Shown here: piece after piece, positions 27,135-36,269 of the stretch | Position numbering within the stretch: position 1 is the stretch's first letter | Layout of the letters: each line of letters opens with the position of its first letter | Source of the DNA: Flavobacteriales bacterium UBA852 | GTDB taxonomy: Bacteria; Bacteroidota; Bacteroidia; Flavobacteriales_E; Vicingaceae | NCBI GenBank assembly: GCA_002295925.1 | Contig: DBGO01000010.1 | Coordinates: 161,706-225,705 of the forward strand | DNA length: 64,000 nucleotides | Direction: 5' to 3' | Translations under genes and position numbers: made by a program | Notes under the pieces: generated by a model | Database searches by the model: none | The model's input: the letters and a program-made list of their open reading frames with translations, nothing else | What the model was told of the DNA's origin: nothing

Positions 27135-27575
27135 ATGAAAAAGTTATTATTTATTGGATTTATTTTAATTTCTGCACAAATTGTTAATGCACAAGAACAA
27201 AATGTTGAACCAACATGTTATCAAAAATATGCCAAGGTTTTTGAAAAACGAGGTGCTTACCCGGTTGAAGACGGCACATACACCGATGTAATTATAACCA
27301 TCAGAAAAGGTGCCGATGCCGATTGTTTTTACGGTAAAGTATTGGTGAAAGACGGAAAAATAGATGTGAATGAAATTTACCTTTCTTTTGAAGATGACAG
27401 TTATGAGCGTTTGGTGAAAAAATACAAATATGATACACCGGTAACCATTATCAACGGTATAAGCAAAACATTGGTAACGCTTGACGATGAATTGATAAAT
27501 GTAATGTTTGTCAAGAAAATTAAACCTAAAAAGAAAGCTTACAAACGTGCTGCCGACCCCGATTTTGATTTATAA
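27135..27575 (+). CDS. hypothetical secreted protein
   Basis: Signal peptide (…VNAQEQ); no family recognised. Confidence 0.5.
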   Translation: MKKLLFIGFILISAQIVNAQEQNVEPTCYQKYAKVFEKRGAYPVEDGTYTDVIITIRKGADADCFYGKVLVKDGKIDVNEIYLSFEDDSYERLVKKYKYDTPVTIINGISKTLVTLDDELINVMFVKKIKPKKKAYKRAADPDFDL

Positions 27576-27602
27576 TCGGTTCAGAAATAAAAGTAATTAT
27601 TC

Positions 27603-27635
27603 AAAGTCTGTCTTATGCAAGGCAGACTTTTTTTT
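27603..27635 (+). terminator. rho-independent terminator
   Basis: AGTCTGTC-ttatgcaa-GGCAGACT stem (8 bp including one G-U) followed by an 8-nt T-run; overlaps the stop codon of the convergent SpoIID-like gene. Confidence 0.65.
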
Positions 27636-28806
27636 ATTCTTCCTTAAAAAAATCTAGCGTTGAAATATGAATCATGTGCACACCACGATAATAGTAATGT
27701 AGAATTTCGGGATATGTATACCCCATTTTTGCCATGCGCATTGCCCCTTCTTGGCAAAGCCCTACGCCATGGCCAAATCCTTTGCCTTTGAACAACACTG
27801 TATTGCCATTATCGACAATGTCAAAATAAGCCGATTTAAGTTTAAAATCTTGACGAATTTGAGTGAAATTCAACTGATGTAAACTATCTAACCGAAAAGA
27901 TAATTGCCTGTTTTCTTGGGTTAAATTTTCGGCTTTTGCAATAGATAAACTATCATTTAAATCCAATTGTATTTTTTGATGTAAATAATTGAGCCATTTG
28001 GATTTGGGAATTTCTTTTTGCCAACAAGCATTATTCTCGGCACGGCAAAATGTATCCACAACCGAATGCAGGTAATAAACCGGTTTTGTCCATACGTCTT
28101 CTGAGTTTGCCGTTTGTCCGCCACAATTACTGTGAAAAGCCGCTGTTATTAAATTTATATCACTATCTACCACTACAATGCCTGACGTTTCATAAGCCGC
28201 CATTCTGATTTTATGATTTTTGGGTCTGCCATGATAAGCCTGACAATGCACCCTGTCGCATAAATTAAACCCTTCGGGGTCATGCCTGTTGTATGATTTT
28301 AGCGCATAGGTGCGGCAAATAATGGCTTGCAATTTAAAATACTCCTCGGGCGGACTTGGACCAACTTCTGCCTCTACCACTCCGGCAACATAATTATCCA
28401 AATCTATATTGTTTATCAACACCAGCTTATCTTCAAAATCATGTTGTTTAATGAGCAAATTATCGTCGTAACTGCGTGGTTTATAATTGGGTTTTTCGCA
28501 TTTGATTTTAAAACTGTTTTGCGATGCAACACCAATAAGGTTTACATTTTTAAACGTACCGATTACTTTGTCTAAATCTTGTACTTTAATTCCGTTTTTA
28601 TCATACGAAATATAAATCATTTCACCGGTAACCAATTCGAGTTGCATGCCATTTTCGGTATATAAATTATATTTTCCGGAAACGGGCGTAAAAACAATTG
28701 CCTCAATGGGTTTGTTGCCATAATATAACCCAATGTTTATCATTTTTATTTGCCCGAAGGTGAAAAAAGAAAAGAATACAAATATAAAGGTGACCAAAAA
28801 TCGCAT
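27634..28806 (-). CDS. SpoIID/LytB domain-containing protein
   Basis: Signal peptide; AQAIICRTYA and AFHSNCGGQT, GHGVGLCQEGA motifs of the SpoIID amidase-enhancer family. Confidence 0.8.
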   Translation of the reverse strand: MRFLVTFIFVFFSFFTFGQIKMINIGLYYGNKPIEAIVFTPVSGKYNLYTENGMQLELVTGEMIYISYDKNGIKVQDLDKVIGTFKNVNLIGVASQNSFKIKCEKPNYKPRSYDDNLLIKQHDFEDKLVLINNIDLDNYVAGVVEAEVGPSPPEEYFKLQAIICRTYALKSYNRHDPEGFNLCDRVHCQAYHGRPKNHKIRMAAYETSGIVVVDSDINLITAAFHSNCGGQTANSEDVWTKPVYYLHSVVDTFCRAENNACWQKEIPKSKWLNYLHQKIQLDLNDSLSIAKAENLTQENRQLSFRLDSLHQLNFTQIRQDFKLKSAYFDIVDNGNTVLFKGKGFGHGVGLCQEGAMRMAKMGYTYPEILHYYYRGVHMIHISTLDFFKEE

Positions 28807-28809
28807 ACA

Positions 28810-29931
28810 CTAATTTATTTCGTTCAAGATTATTTTGGCAGCACGTTCGGAAGCGCCTTTTTCACCTAACTTTTTAACTAATTCCCTGTAACCTGTGAGC
28901 ATTTTTTCTTGCGATTCGGGTTGAAGAATTTTTTGCAATTCTTCTGTTACAGATTTTACATTCATTTCATTCTGAATCAACTCTTTAACCAATTCTTTAT
29001 CTAAAATTAAATTGACTAATGAAATATATTGAATATCCACTAAGTTTTTGGCAATTAAATAAGAAATGTAGTTCCCTTTGTAGCATACAACTTGCGGCAC
29101 GTTAAACAAAGCGGTTTCAAGGGTTGCCGTACCACTGGTAACCAATGCTGCGTAAGCCTCATTTAACAACGGGTACGTTTTGTTTTTTATTATACTGACG
29201 TTGGGATGATTTTGAGTATATGAAAGTAAATAATCATCGGACAATGAAGGTGCTTGAGCAATAACAAAATGGTAAGCGGAAAATTTATCCGCAACTTCAA
29301 GCATAATGGGCAACATTTTTGACACTTCCTGGGTGCGACTTCCAGGCAGCAGTGCTATGATTTTTTTATCGAGCGGTAAATTATTTTCTTTTAAGAATGC
29401 TTCATTATCAAAGGCAGATTGCATTGCTTCGGTTTCATCCAACAACGGATGACCGACAAACTCAACCGGATAATCATATTTTTTATAAAATTCTTTTTCA
29501 AAGGGTAATATCACCATCATTTTATCGACATATTTTTTTATGGTTTTTACCCTTGATTTTTTCCAAGCCCACACCTGTGGCGAAATATAATAGATGACCT
29601 TAATGCCTTGCTCTTTTATCCATTTTGCCATACGTAAATTAAACCCCGGATAATCGATTAGTACAACGGCATCGGGTTTAAATGCGCTAATTTGTTTTTT
29701 GCACAGTTCAAAATTTTTACGAATGGTATTCAAGTTTGCTATTACTTCGGCAAACCCCATAAAAGCCAACTCGCGGTAATGCTTTAAAATTTCTGTTCCC
29801 TCGGCTTGCATCCGTTCGCCTCCCCAACCTTGAATTTTTAAAGCATTATCTTGTTTTTTGAGCGATTTTACCAAATTGGCTCCGTGTAAATCGCCCGATG
29901 CTTCGCCGGCTATGATGAATAATTTTTTCAC
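28810..29931 (-). CDS. lpxB: lipid-A-disaccharide synthase
   Basis: IIAGEASGDLHGANL N-terminus, DYPGFNL and GTATLE motifs; GTG start. Confidence 0.9.
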   Translation of the reverse strand: MKKLFIIAGEASGDLHGANLVKSLKKQDNALKIQGWGGERMQAEGTEILKHYRELAFMGFAEVIANLNTIRKNFELCKKQISAFKPDAVVLIDYPGFNLRMAKWIKEQGIKVIYYISPQVWAWKKSRVKTIKKYVDKMMVILPFEKEFYKKYDYPVEFVGHPLLDETEAMQSAFDNEAFLKENNLPLDKKIIALLPGSRTQEVSKMLPIMLEVADKFSAYHFVIAQAPSLSDDYLLSYTQNHPNVSIIKNKTYPLLNEAYAALVTSGTATLETALFNVPQVVCYKGNYISYLIAKNLVDIQYISLVNLILDKELVKELIQNEMNVKSVTEELQKILQPESQEKMLTGYRELVKKLGEKGASERAAKIILNEIN

Positions 29932-30242
29932 GCTCCTACAACTAAAAATTTATAGGCAAATACCACTATGGAAATAATTATGGTAGAAAGTATAATTCCG
30001 TTGGCGGCATAATTGCGTTTTTGCCATAAAAACAAGTAAAATAAACCCAAATTTAATACGGCACACAAACTCATCAGCGGTGCAAAAAGATTGCGCATCA
30101 GTATGTCGAACATATCTTCGTGCAACGAAATATAGTCGTAATTTAAATACAGATAGGCAAAAAAAGTAAGAGTAGGCACTATTATTCCAAAAAGAGCGCC
30201 AACCCACATTTTATCCCAAGATTTTGGTATTTCTATTCCCAT
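29928..30242 (-). CDS. small integral membrane protein (104 aa)
   Basis: Three hydrophobic helices; 4-nt and 10-nt overlaps couple it between surE and lpxB. Confidence 0.5.
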   Translation of the reverse strand: MGIEIPKSWDKMWVGALFGIIVPTLTFFAYLYLNYDYISLHEDMFDILMRNLFAPLMSLCAVLNLGLFYLFLWQKRNYAANGIILSTIIISIVVFAYKFLVVGA

Positions 30243-30991
30243 GATTTTAATTTTTCGATAGCTGAATAATTAGTTAAATCGTACTGAACGGGAACTATTG
30301 ACACATAATTGTTTGCCAACGCCCATTCATCGGTATCGGTACCTTTATCATAATTTACAAACTTGCCAGTAAGCCAATAATATTTATTTCCGGCAGGGTC
30401 GGTACGTTCGTCAAAATCTTCTTCCCAATTGGCTACGGCTTGCCGGCAAATTTTTATTCCGTTAATTAAGTCGTATTCAATATCCGGAATATTAACATTG
30501 AGGCAAGTATTATCGGGTAATTTTTCTTCGAGCATTTTTTCTACCACTTGACGAACAATCTTTTTTGACGCTGTAAAATCGGCATCTATGCTATTGTTTA
30601 GCAACGAAAAACCTGCCGAGGGGATATTTTCAAGCGCTCCTTCTACCGCTGCAGACATAGTGCCCGAATAAATTACATTTATACTTGAATTGGAACCGTG
30701 ATTAATGCCCGACAATACTATGTCGGGTTTACGAGGCAACAATTTGTTTACGGCTAATTTTACACAATCTACCGGAGTGCCCGAACATGCAACGGCTTTG
30801 CATCCTTGCACGATAGTTTCATTGATATGAATGGTTTTGCTTACGGTTATTGCATGCCCCATTCCCGATTGAGGTTTATCCGGCGCTACTACATGAACTT
30901 CGCCAAACTCTTTGGCTACCTGTATCAATGCTTGAATTCCGGGAGCGGTTATGCCGTCATCGTTGGTTACTAAAATTAATGGTTTACTCAT
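30233..30991 (-). CDS. surE: 5'/3'-nucleotidase SurE
   Basis: ILVTNDDGITAPGI N-terminus, SGINHGSN and YSGTMSAA motifs. Confidence 0.9.
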   Translation of the reverse strand: MSKPLILVTNDDGITAPGIQALIQVAKEFGEVHVVAPDKPQSGMGHAITVSKTIHINETIVQGCKAVACSGTPVDCVKLAVNKLLPRKPDIVLSGINHGSNSSINVIYSGTMSAAVEGALENIPSAGFSLLNNSIDADFTASKKIVRQVVEKMLEEKLPDNTCLNVNIPDIEYDLINGIKICRQAVANWEEDFDERTDPAGNKYYWLTGKFVNYDKGTDTDEWALANNYVSIVPVQYDLTNYSAIEKLKSWE

Positions 30992-31010
30992 AGGGTAAAA
31001 TTAAGCCAAT

Positions 31011-31044
31011 AAAATAAAAAAGTCCCGATTTTTGGTCGGGACTT
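31011..31044 (-). terminator. rho-independent terminator after hsp20
   Basis: AGTCCCGA-7 nt loop-TCGGGACT stem, followed on the minus strand by TTTTTATTTT. Confidence 0.7.
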
Positions 31045-31067
31045 TCAACAATTGTGTTTTAATTACT

Positions 31068-31502
31068 TTACGAAACTTTTATTTCTTTTGCCGGTTTCAC
31101 TTGCGCCTCTTCTTTTTTGGGTAAGATAATGTTTAATATACCGTTTTCGTATTTTGCATCAATTGCATCGGTATTAACCGTTTCAGGCAAAGTGAACGAA
31201 CGCTCAAAAGAGCTGTAATGAAATTCTTTTCGTGTGTAATTTTTGTTTTTGTCTTCTTCTTCGGCTTTGTGTTCTCCGCTGATTGTCAATACATCGTTAT
31301 CTAAACGAATGTTGAAATCTTCTTTTTTAAACCCGGGAACACTTACCTCAATGGTATAATCTTTATCGCTCTCTGCTACATTTACGGCAGGAACAAATTT
31401 GTTGAAATTTTTATCCAACTTATCGAAGTTGGCAAATTCTTCAAACAAGCTGTTAAACAAGCTTGGTAATGATTCTTTTGGGTTTCTTTTTACTAGTGTC
31501 AT
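31068..31502 (-). CDS. Hsp20/alpha-crystallin family small heat-shock protein
   Basis: Alpha-crystallin domain (PAVNVAESDKDYTIEVSVPGFKKEDFNI…RSFTLPE…ENGILNIILPK). Confidence 0.9.
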   Translation of the reverse strand: MTLVKRNPKESLPSLFNSLFEEFANFDKLDKNFNKFVPAVNVAESDKDYTIEVSVPGFKKEDFNIRLDNDVLTISGEHKAEEEDKNKNYTRKEFHYSSFERSFTLPETVNTDAIDAKYENGILNIILPKKEEAQVKPAKEIKVS

Positions 31503-31723
31503 ATCTTGGTCCTCCTTTTAAGTTATTTGTTATTTTTTTAATTTTTGCTTTTGCTAATTCAATTTGAATGCCAAAGCATTTTCCTTATCAACTTAAGTCA
31601 AAATGTCACTAAAAACCACAAAAACAAGCCATATTTTCAGGTTTTAAATCTTTTTAAATGAAAATTCATACTGATAATTATCATATTTTTATAGACACAA
31701 AATGCTTTACTTTAAATAAAAAA

Positions 31724-32545
31724 ATGAAAACTTATAAAATTGTCGTTCCGGTAGATTTTTCCAATTATTGCAAATACGCACTGGAATATGTAGAGTTATT
31801 TTCATCAAAAATTGATTGTAAGGTTTACTTGATTTCTGTTTTGGATAAAGACGGGATTTTAAAAAACATTACTAAAAATGATATCATTCAGGCAGAAGAA
31901 AAATTAATTTCTTTAGCCAAAGAGTGGGAAAACAGGGTTAATATAAAAGATTCTGCCATAAAGATTGGTTCCATTCATAAAGAAATTATTGAGTATGCCG
32001 AAAAATCGGTTCAAGCCGACATAATATTTATGGGCTCGCATGGCTCGGTTGTATCAAGCCAATTTTTTGTAGGCAGCAATGCCGAAAAAATTGTTCGCCA
32101 CTTCAACGGCGATGTGTTGGTTGTAAAACATCCATTGGTAAATGAAAGTATTAACAAAATAGTATTTGCCGGCGACTTTAAAGCCGAGCAAACCAAAATT
32201 TTCCCTAAAGTAAGAGAGTGGGCATTTATTTTTAATTCCGAGATTCATTTATTATATATAAATACACCCGCTCATTTTGAAACAACCAAAGAAATTGAAG
32301 AGCGTTTTAATCATTTTATAGCGGTTGAGCAACTGGACAAACTATTGGGCGACAAGTATTGCAAAGCTATTTACTGCGATAAAACATTGGAACACGGAAT
32401 TTTAAATTATTCTTTGGAACACGAAATTGACCTTATTTGCATGGGAACACACGGCAAACACGGTATTGAACGACTTTTTAAAGACAGCGTATCGCAGCAA
32501 ATTGTCAATCATTCTTTCCGCCCGGTCTTAACATTGAAAGTTTAA
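31724..32545 (+). CDS. tandem-domain universal stress protein (UspA family)
   Basis: Two Usp domains (KIVVPVDFS…IFMGSHG…VLVVK and KIVFAGDF…ICMGTHGKHG…PVLTLK); internal ATG 31724 preferred to the track start 31658. Confidence 0.8.
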   Translation: MKTYKIVVPVDFSNYCKYALEYVELFSSKIDCKVYLISVLDKDGILKNITKNDIIQAEEKLISLAKEWENRVNIKDSAIKIGSIHKEIIEYAEKSVQADIIFMGSHGSVVSSQFFVGSNAEKIVRHFNGDVLVVKHPLVNESINKIVFAGDFKAEQTKIFPKVREWAFIFNSEIHLLYINTPAHFETTKEIEERFNHFIAVEQLDKLLGDKYCKAIYCDKTLEHGILNYSLEHEIDLICMGTHGKHGIERLFKDSVSQQIVNHSFRPVLTLKV

Positions 32546-32646
32546 GCCGCTTAACATTTAGTTAACATTTGAGAAACATAATAGTAAAAGGCAGGTAATT
32601 TTTAAACAAAATTGAAGTTGTTACTTTGTATAAAAATTAATTCAAG

Positions 32647-32952
32647 ATGAAAAAATTATTATTTGTATCCGCCTTACTCATTGCTACTATTATAACCAAA
32701 GCAGGAAATGAATTCACAGGAAAAGTATTATCTGCCGATAATCAAGAATTGGTTGGCGCCAAAATAGAGGTTATAGGCACCGATTATGTTTTTTACACCG
32801 ATTTTGACGGAAATTTTGATTTTAGCCAATTGCCCGAAGGAACTTACACGTTGAAAATATCTTACGTTTCTTATCAAGATAAAGTAATTGAAAATTTTGT
32901 TTGGGATAAAAGAAAAATGCAAACCAATTTAAAACCCATTGTATTGAAATAA
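32647..32952 (+). CDS. stand-alone carboxypeptidase-regulatory-like (CarboxypepD_reg) domain protein
   Basis: Signal peptide plus GKVLSADNQELVGAKIEVIGTDYVFYTDFDGNFDFSQLPEGTYTLKISYVSY, the domain usually found at the N-terminus of SusC/TonB receptors. Confidence 0.6.
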   Translation: MKKLLFVSALLIATIITKAGNEFTGKVLSADNQELVGAKIEVIGTDYVFYTDFDGNFDFSQLPEGTYTLKISYVSYQDKVIENFVWDKRKMQTNLKPIVLK

Positions 32953-32977
32953 AATTTTGGAATTTAGCAAAACTCTA

Positions 32978-33006
32978 AAGCCAACTCAAATTTGAGTTGG
33001 CTTTTT
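32978..33006 (+). terminator. rho-independent terminator
   Basis: GCCAACTCAAA/TTTGAGTTGGC perfect 11-bp palindrome followed by TTTTT. Confidence 0.7.
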
Positions 33007-33036
33007 ATCTATTTTTACATTTCAAATCATACACTT

Positions 33037-33711
33037 ATGCCCACCTTATATATTGTGCCCACGCCAATTGGCAACTTACAAGACATTACCTTGCGCAGCA
33101 TTGAAATACTCCAATCGGTAGATTTTATATTGGCAGAAGACACCCGACACAGTGCCAAATTGCTTAAACATTTAAACATTCAAAAACCGCTTATTTCTTT
33201 TCATCAACATAATGAACATAAAAAACTGGAGGAAGTTACAGATAAAATTACCCAATCTGAAAGTGCAGCCCTGGTAAGCGATGCCGGTACGCCGGGGATT
33301 TCCGACCCCGGATTTTTATTGGTAAGAGCATGTATAGAACATAATATTGATGTTATTACCCTACCCGGACCAACGGCATTTGTTCCCGCACTGGTAAACA
33401 GTGGATTACCTTGCGATAAATTTGTATTTGAAGGATTTTTGCCACATAAAAAAGGCCGACAAACCCGTTTGCAACTTTTGGCAGAAGAAAAGCGCACCAT
33501 TATTTTTTACGAGTCACCTTATCGATTACTTAAAACTTTAGAGCAATTAACCGAATTTTTCGGAAAAGAAAGAAAAGCATCCGTAAGCCGCGAAATATCC
33601 AAAATACACGAGGAAACTGTTCGAGGAACTATACAAGAGCTTATCAACCATTTTTCTGACAAGAAAATTAAAGGTGAAATTGTGCTTGTTGTATCCGGAA
33701 AAGAGTCTTAA
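33037..33711 (+). CDS. rsmI: 16S rRNA (cytidine1402-2'-O)-methyltransferase
   Basis: LYIVPTPIGNLQDITLR, AEDTR and SDAGTPGISDPG motifs; the track's TTG start (32992) lies inside the upstream terminator hairpin, so ATG 33037 is preferred. Confidence 0.9.
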   Translation: MPTLYIVPTPIGNLQDITLRSIEILQSVDFILAEDTRHSAKLLKHLNIQKPLISFHQHNEHKKLEEVTDKITQSESAALVSDAGTPGISDPGFLLVRACIEHNIDVITLPGPTAFVPALVNSGLPCDKFVFEGFLPHKKGRQTRLQLLAEEKRTIIFYESPYRLLKTLEQLTEFFGKERKASVSREISKIHEETVRGTIQELINHFSDKKIKGEIVLVVSGKES

Positions 33712-36269
33712 TAGATTTCAGGATATTTTTTTACTATTTGTTTAGAAATAAGTAATGAAAATATCAATCCTATTAAAGTTCCACCTATTATATAAAACCA
33801 AGAATATAAAGTTAAAGTTTCAAAAGAAAATATGTCACTAATAGGTTTAGCATATATAACTATTAATTGCATAACAAAAGATACAAGCAATGCTTGAACT
33901 AAATATTTATTGCTAAAAATTGACTCTTTATATTCATATTTAATAACCGTTATTCGAACAAATTCGTAGAGAATAACCATAGTTACCAATATTGCTCTCA
34001 CTTGATGAAGCCCAAATTGTAAAGTAAGAAGTAGAGTCCCAAAAAGTACAATTGACATCAAACTTCCTAATAAAAATATTTTGTAAACCAATTTATTATT
34101 AATAAGTGGATTATCAATCTTGCGAGGTGGTAAATTCATAATATCTTTTAACGGAGGGTCGGTACCAAGAGCAAGCGCTACCAAACCATCTGTTAATAAA
34201 TTCAACCACAGTAAATGAATAGGTAGTAAAACAGGCTCTGAAAGATTGACAAAAAATGTCAACAACAATACTAATAATACTTCGGCAATATTACAGGTAA
34301 GCAGGTAATCGATAAATTTTCGAATATTGATAAAAACTGTTCTTCCTTCTCGAATAGCATTGATGATTGTTGCATAATTATCGTCCAACAATATCATATC
34401 GGCAGCTTGTTTGGTTACTTCTGTTCCCCGTATTCCCATAGCAATTCCTACATTGGCTTTATGAATTGCCAACGCATCATTTACGCCATCACCTGTCATG
34501 GCAACAATATTACCATGGTCTTGCATCAAACTTAAAATCCGTTCTTTATGAAAAGGTGTTGTTCGTGCAAAAATTCTTATTCCCGATTCAATTTTATTAA
34601 ACAATAATTTATCATTTAACTTATCCAACTCCGGACCCGTTATTACTCCGGTAGAATGGAGCGATATTTCATTGGCAATAGCTTGTGCCGTTACAGGGTT
34701 ATCGCCGGTTATCATAATTGTTTGAATACCTGCACGATGGGCTTTTTCAATAGCCGGTTTTACTTCTTCGCGCGGCGGATCAATCATTGCTTGCAATCCT
34801 ACAAAAACAAGATTTTCTTCGGGTTTTTCATCCTTATTTTTCAATTCTTTGTAGGCAAACCCCATAACGCGCAAAGCATTGGAAGCATATTTTTTATTTT
34901 GCTCCAAAATTTGAATTTTTAACGCATCATCTAATGGTGAAATTTCTCCGTTTACTTCTACAAAACTGCATAAATCAAGTATTACTTCGGGCGCACCTTT
35001 TGTGTAAACATATTGAGTATTGTTTTCTTTAACAATAACACTCATACGTTTTCTTTCGGATGAAAACGGAATTTCATCAATAATATCAATGGATGTATCC
35101 AACAAATCTTCTTTTATAATGCCAAATTGCTCGGCACTTTTGCGTAAAGCTATTTCGCTTTGTTCTCCCAGTATTTTTTGATTGCCGTTTTCGTCTGTTC
35201 CTATTTTGGTATCATTACAAACCGCTCCTATTTTAAACAACATTTCGGTTGTTTTATCAAGCTTCCCCGAAACTTCTTTCATCGATGTATCGATGTTATT
35301 GCAATAAAAACGGGTAACACTCATTTTGTTTTGTGTAAGTGTTCCGGTTTTGTCGGTACAAATTACATTGACAGAACCCAACACTTCTGCTACGCTTAAT
35401 TTTCGCAACAAAGCATTTTGCTTCATCATCTTTTTAGACGCTATTGCCAATGTAAGTGTTACCACTGCCGGAAGTCCTTCGGGAATTGCTGCTACGGCAA
35501 GTGTTATAGCCAGCATCAACGAAGTAAATAAATCATATTTAAAATATCCAACAACAAATGTTATGACAATAATTACTAATGAAATATACATCAGTTTACG
35601 ACTCACCTCTGCTATTTCTTGTTTAAAGAAATCAGGTGTTTCGTCTTGTTGCAAACCGGCAGCAATTTTCCCCATTTTAGTTCTCATTCCGGTTTTCTCC
35701 ACTTGCATCAATGCCTTACCATTATTGACAAATGTATTCATATACACCTCGTCACCTGCTGTTTTGCCCACCGCTTCCGATTCACCGGTCAAAGACGATT
35801 CATTTACTTGCAAATGAGTAGCTTCCAAAATTTTACCGTCGGCAGGTATAATATCCCCACTGTTGAGCACAACAATATCGCCTGGAACTATTAACGTAGA
35901 GTCGATTACTTTTTGAATATGATCTCTAATGACCACTGCCCGTGGCACAGCCATTTTTTGCAATGCTTCAACTGCCTTTGCCGCTTTATAATCTTGTGCA
36001 AATCCGGCTAATGCCGATAAAAAAACAATTACCAAAATCAGAATAGTATCAATATACTCTTGAAAATCGCTAATGTGTTGCAGGTAATTGACCAAAAAGG
36101 ACACAATTGACGCTCCCAACAGAATAATGATTAACGGAGAAGTAAACTGATTGAGCAATATTTTTAAAGCACTGTTTTTGTGCTTGCGAATAATAGCATT
36201 AGGCCCATATTTAGATAATAAACTTTTCGCCTCTATTTCAGACAATCCTTTGTACGCTTCTTTTTTCAT
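33708..36269 (-). CDS. P-type cation-transporting ATPase, SERCA/PMCA-like (probable Ca2+ or Mg2+ pump)
   Basis: TGES, ICTDKTGTLT, PEGLPAVVT, MTGDGVNDA motifs; 10 TM-type architecture. Confidence 0.9.
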   Translation of the reverse strand: MKKEAYKGLSEIEAKSLLSKYGPNAIIRKHKNSALKILLNQFTSPLIIILLGASIVSFLVNYLQHISDFQEYIDTILILVIVFLSALAGFAQDYKAAKAVEALQKMAVPRAVVIRDHIQKVIDSTLIVPGDIVVLNSGDIIPADGKILEATHLQVNESSLTGESEAVGKTAGDEVYMNTFVNNGKALMQVEKTGMRTKMGKIAAGLQQDETPDFFKQEIAEVSRKLMYISLVIIVITFVVGYFKYDLFTSLMLAITLAVAAIPEGLPAVVTLTLAIASKKMMKQNALLRKLSVAEVLGSVNVICTDKTGTLTQNKMSVTRFYCNNIDTSMKEVSGKLDKTTEMLFKIGAVCNDTKIGTDENGNQKILGEQSEIALRKSAEQFGIIKEDLLDTSIDIIDEIPFSSERKRMSVIVKENNTQYVYTKGAPEVILDLCSFVEVNGEISPLDDALKIQILEQNKKYASNALRVMGFAYKELKNKDEKPEENLVFVGLQAMIDPPREEVKPAIEKAHRAGIQTIMITGDNPVTAQAIANEISLHSTGVITGPELDKLNDKLLFNKIESGIRIFARTTPFHKERILSLMQDHGNIVAMTGDGVNDALAIHKANVGIAMGIRGTEVTKQAADMILLDDNYATIINAIREGRTVFINIRKFIDYLLTCNIAEVLLVLLLTFFVNLSEPVLLPIHLLWLNLLTDGLVALALGTDPPLKDIMNLPPRKIDNPLINNKLVYKIFLLGSLMSIVLFGTLLLTLQFGLHQVRAILVTMVILYEFVRITVIKYEYKESIFSNKYLVQALLVSFVMQLIVIYAKPISDIFSFETLTLYSWFYIIGGTLIGLIFSLLISKQIVKKYPEIY

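Noticed and set aside
29950-30207. 85-aa ORF overlapping 29928-30242 in another frame on the same strand
   Set aside because: The 104-aa frame gives three clean hydrophobic helices and is coupled by overlaps to both surE and lpxB. The 85-aa frame is Arg/Cys-rich and not membrane-like.
35326-35817. 163-aa plus-strand ORF (and neighbours 34656-34922, 35160-35399, 35619-35894) inside the P-type ATPase region
   Set aside because: They are antisense to a gene carrying every P-type ATPase signature and have no independent support. The same reasoning applies to the antisense ORFs within rnr (7256-7645), dusB (21320-21781), clpX (56756-57163), the RelA/SpoT gene (58020-58454), dxs (38177-38551) and marC (19429-19842).
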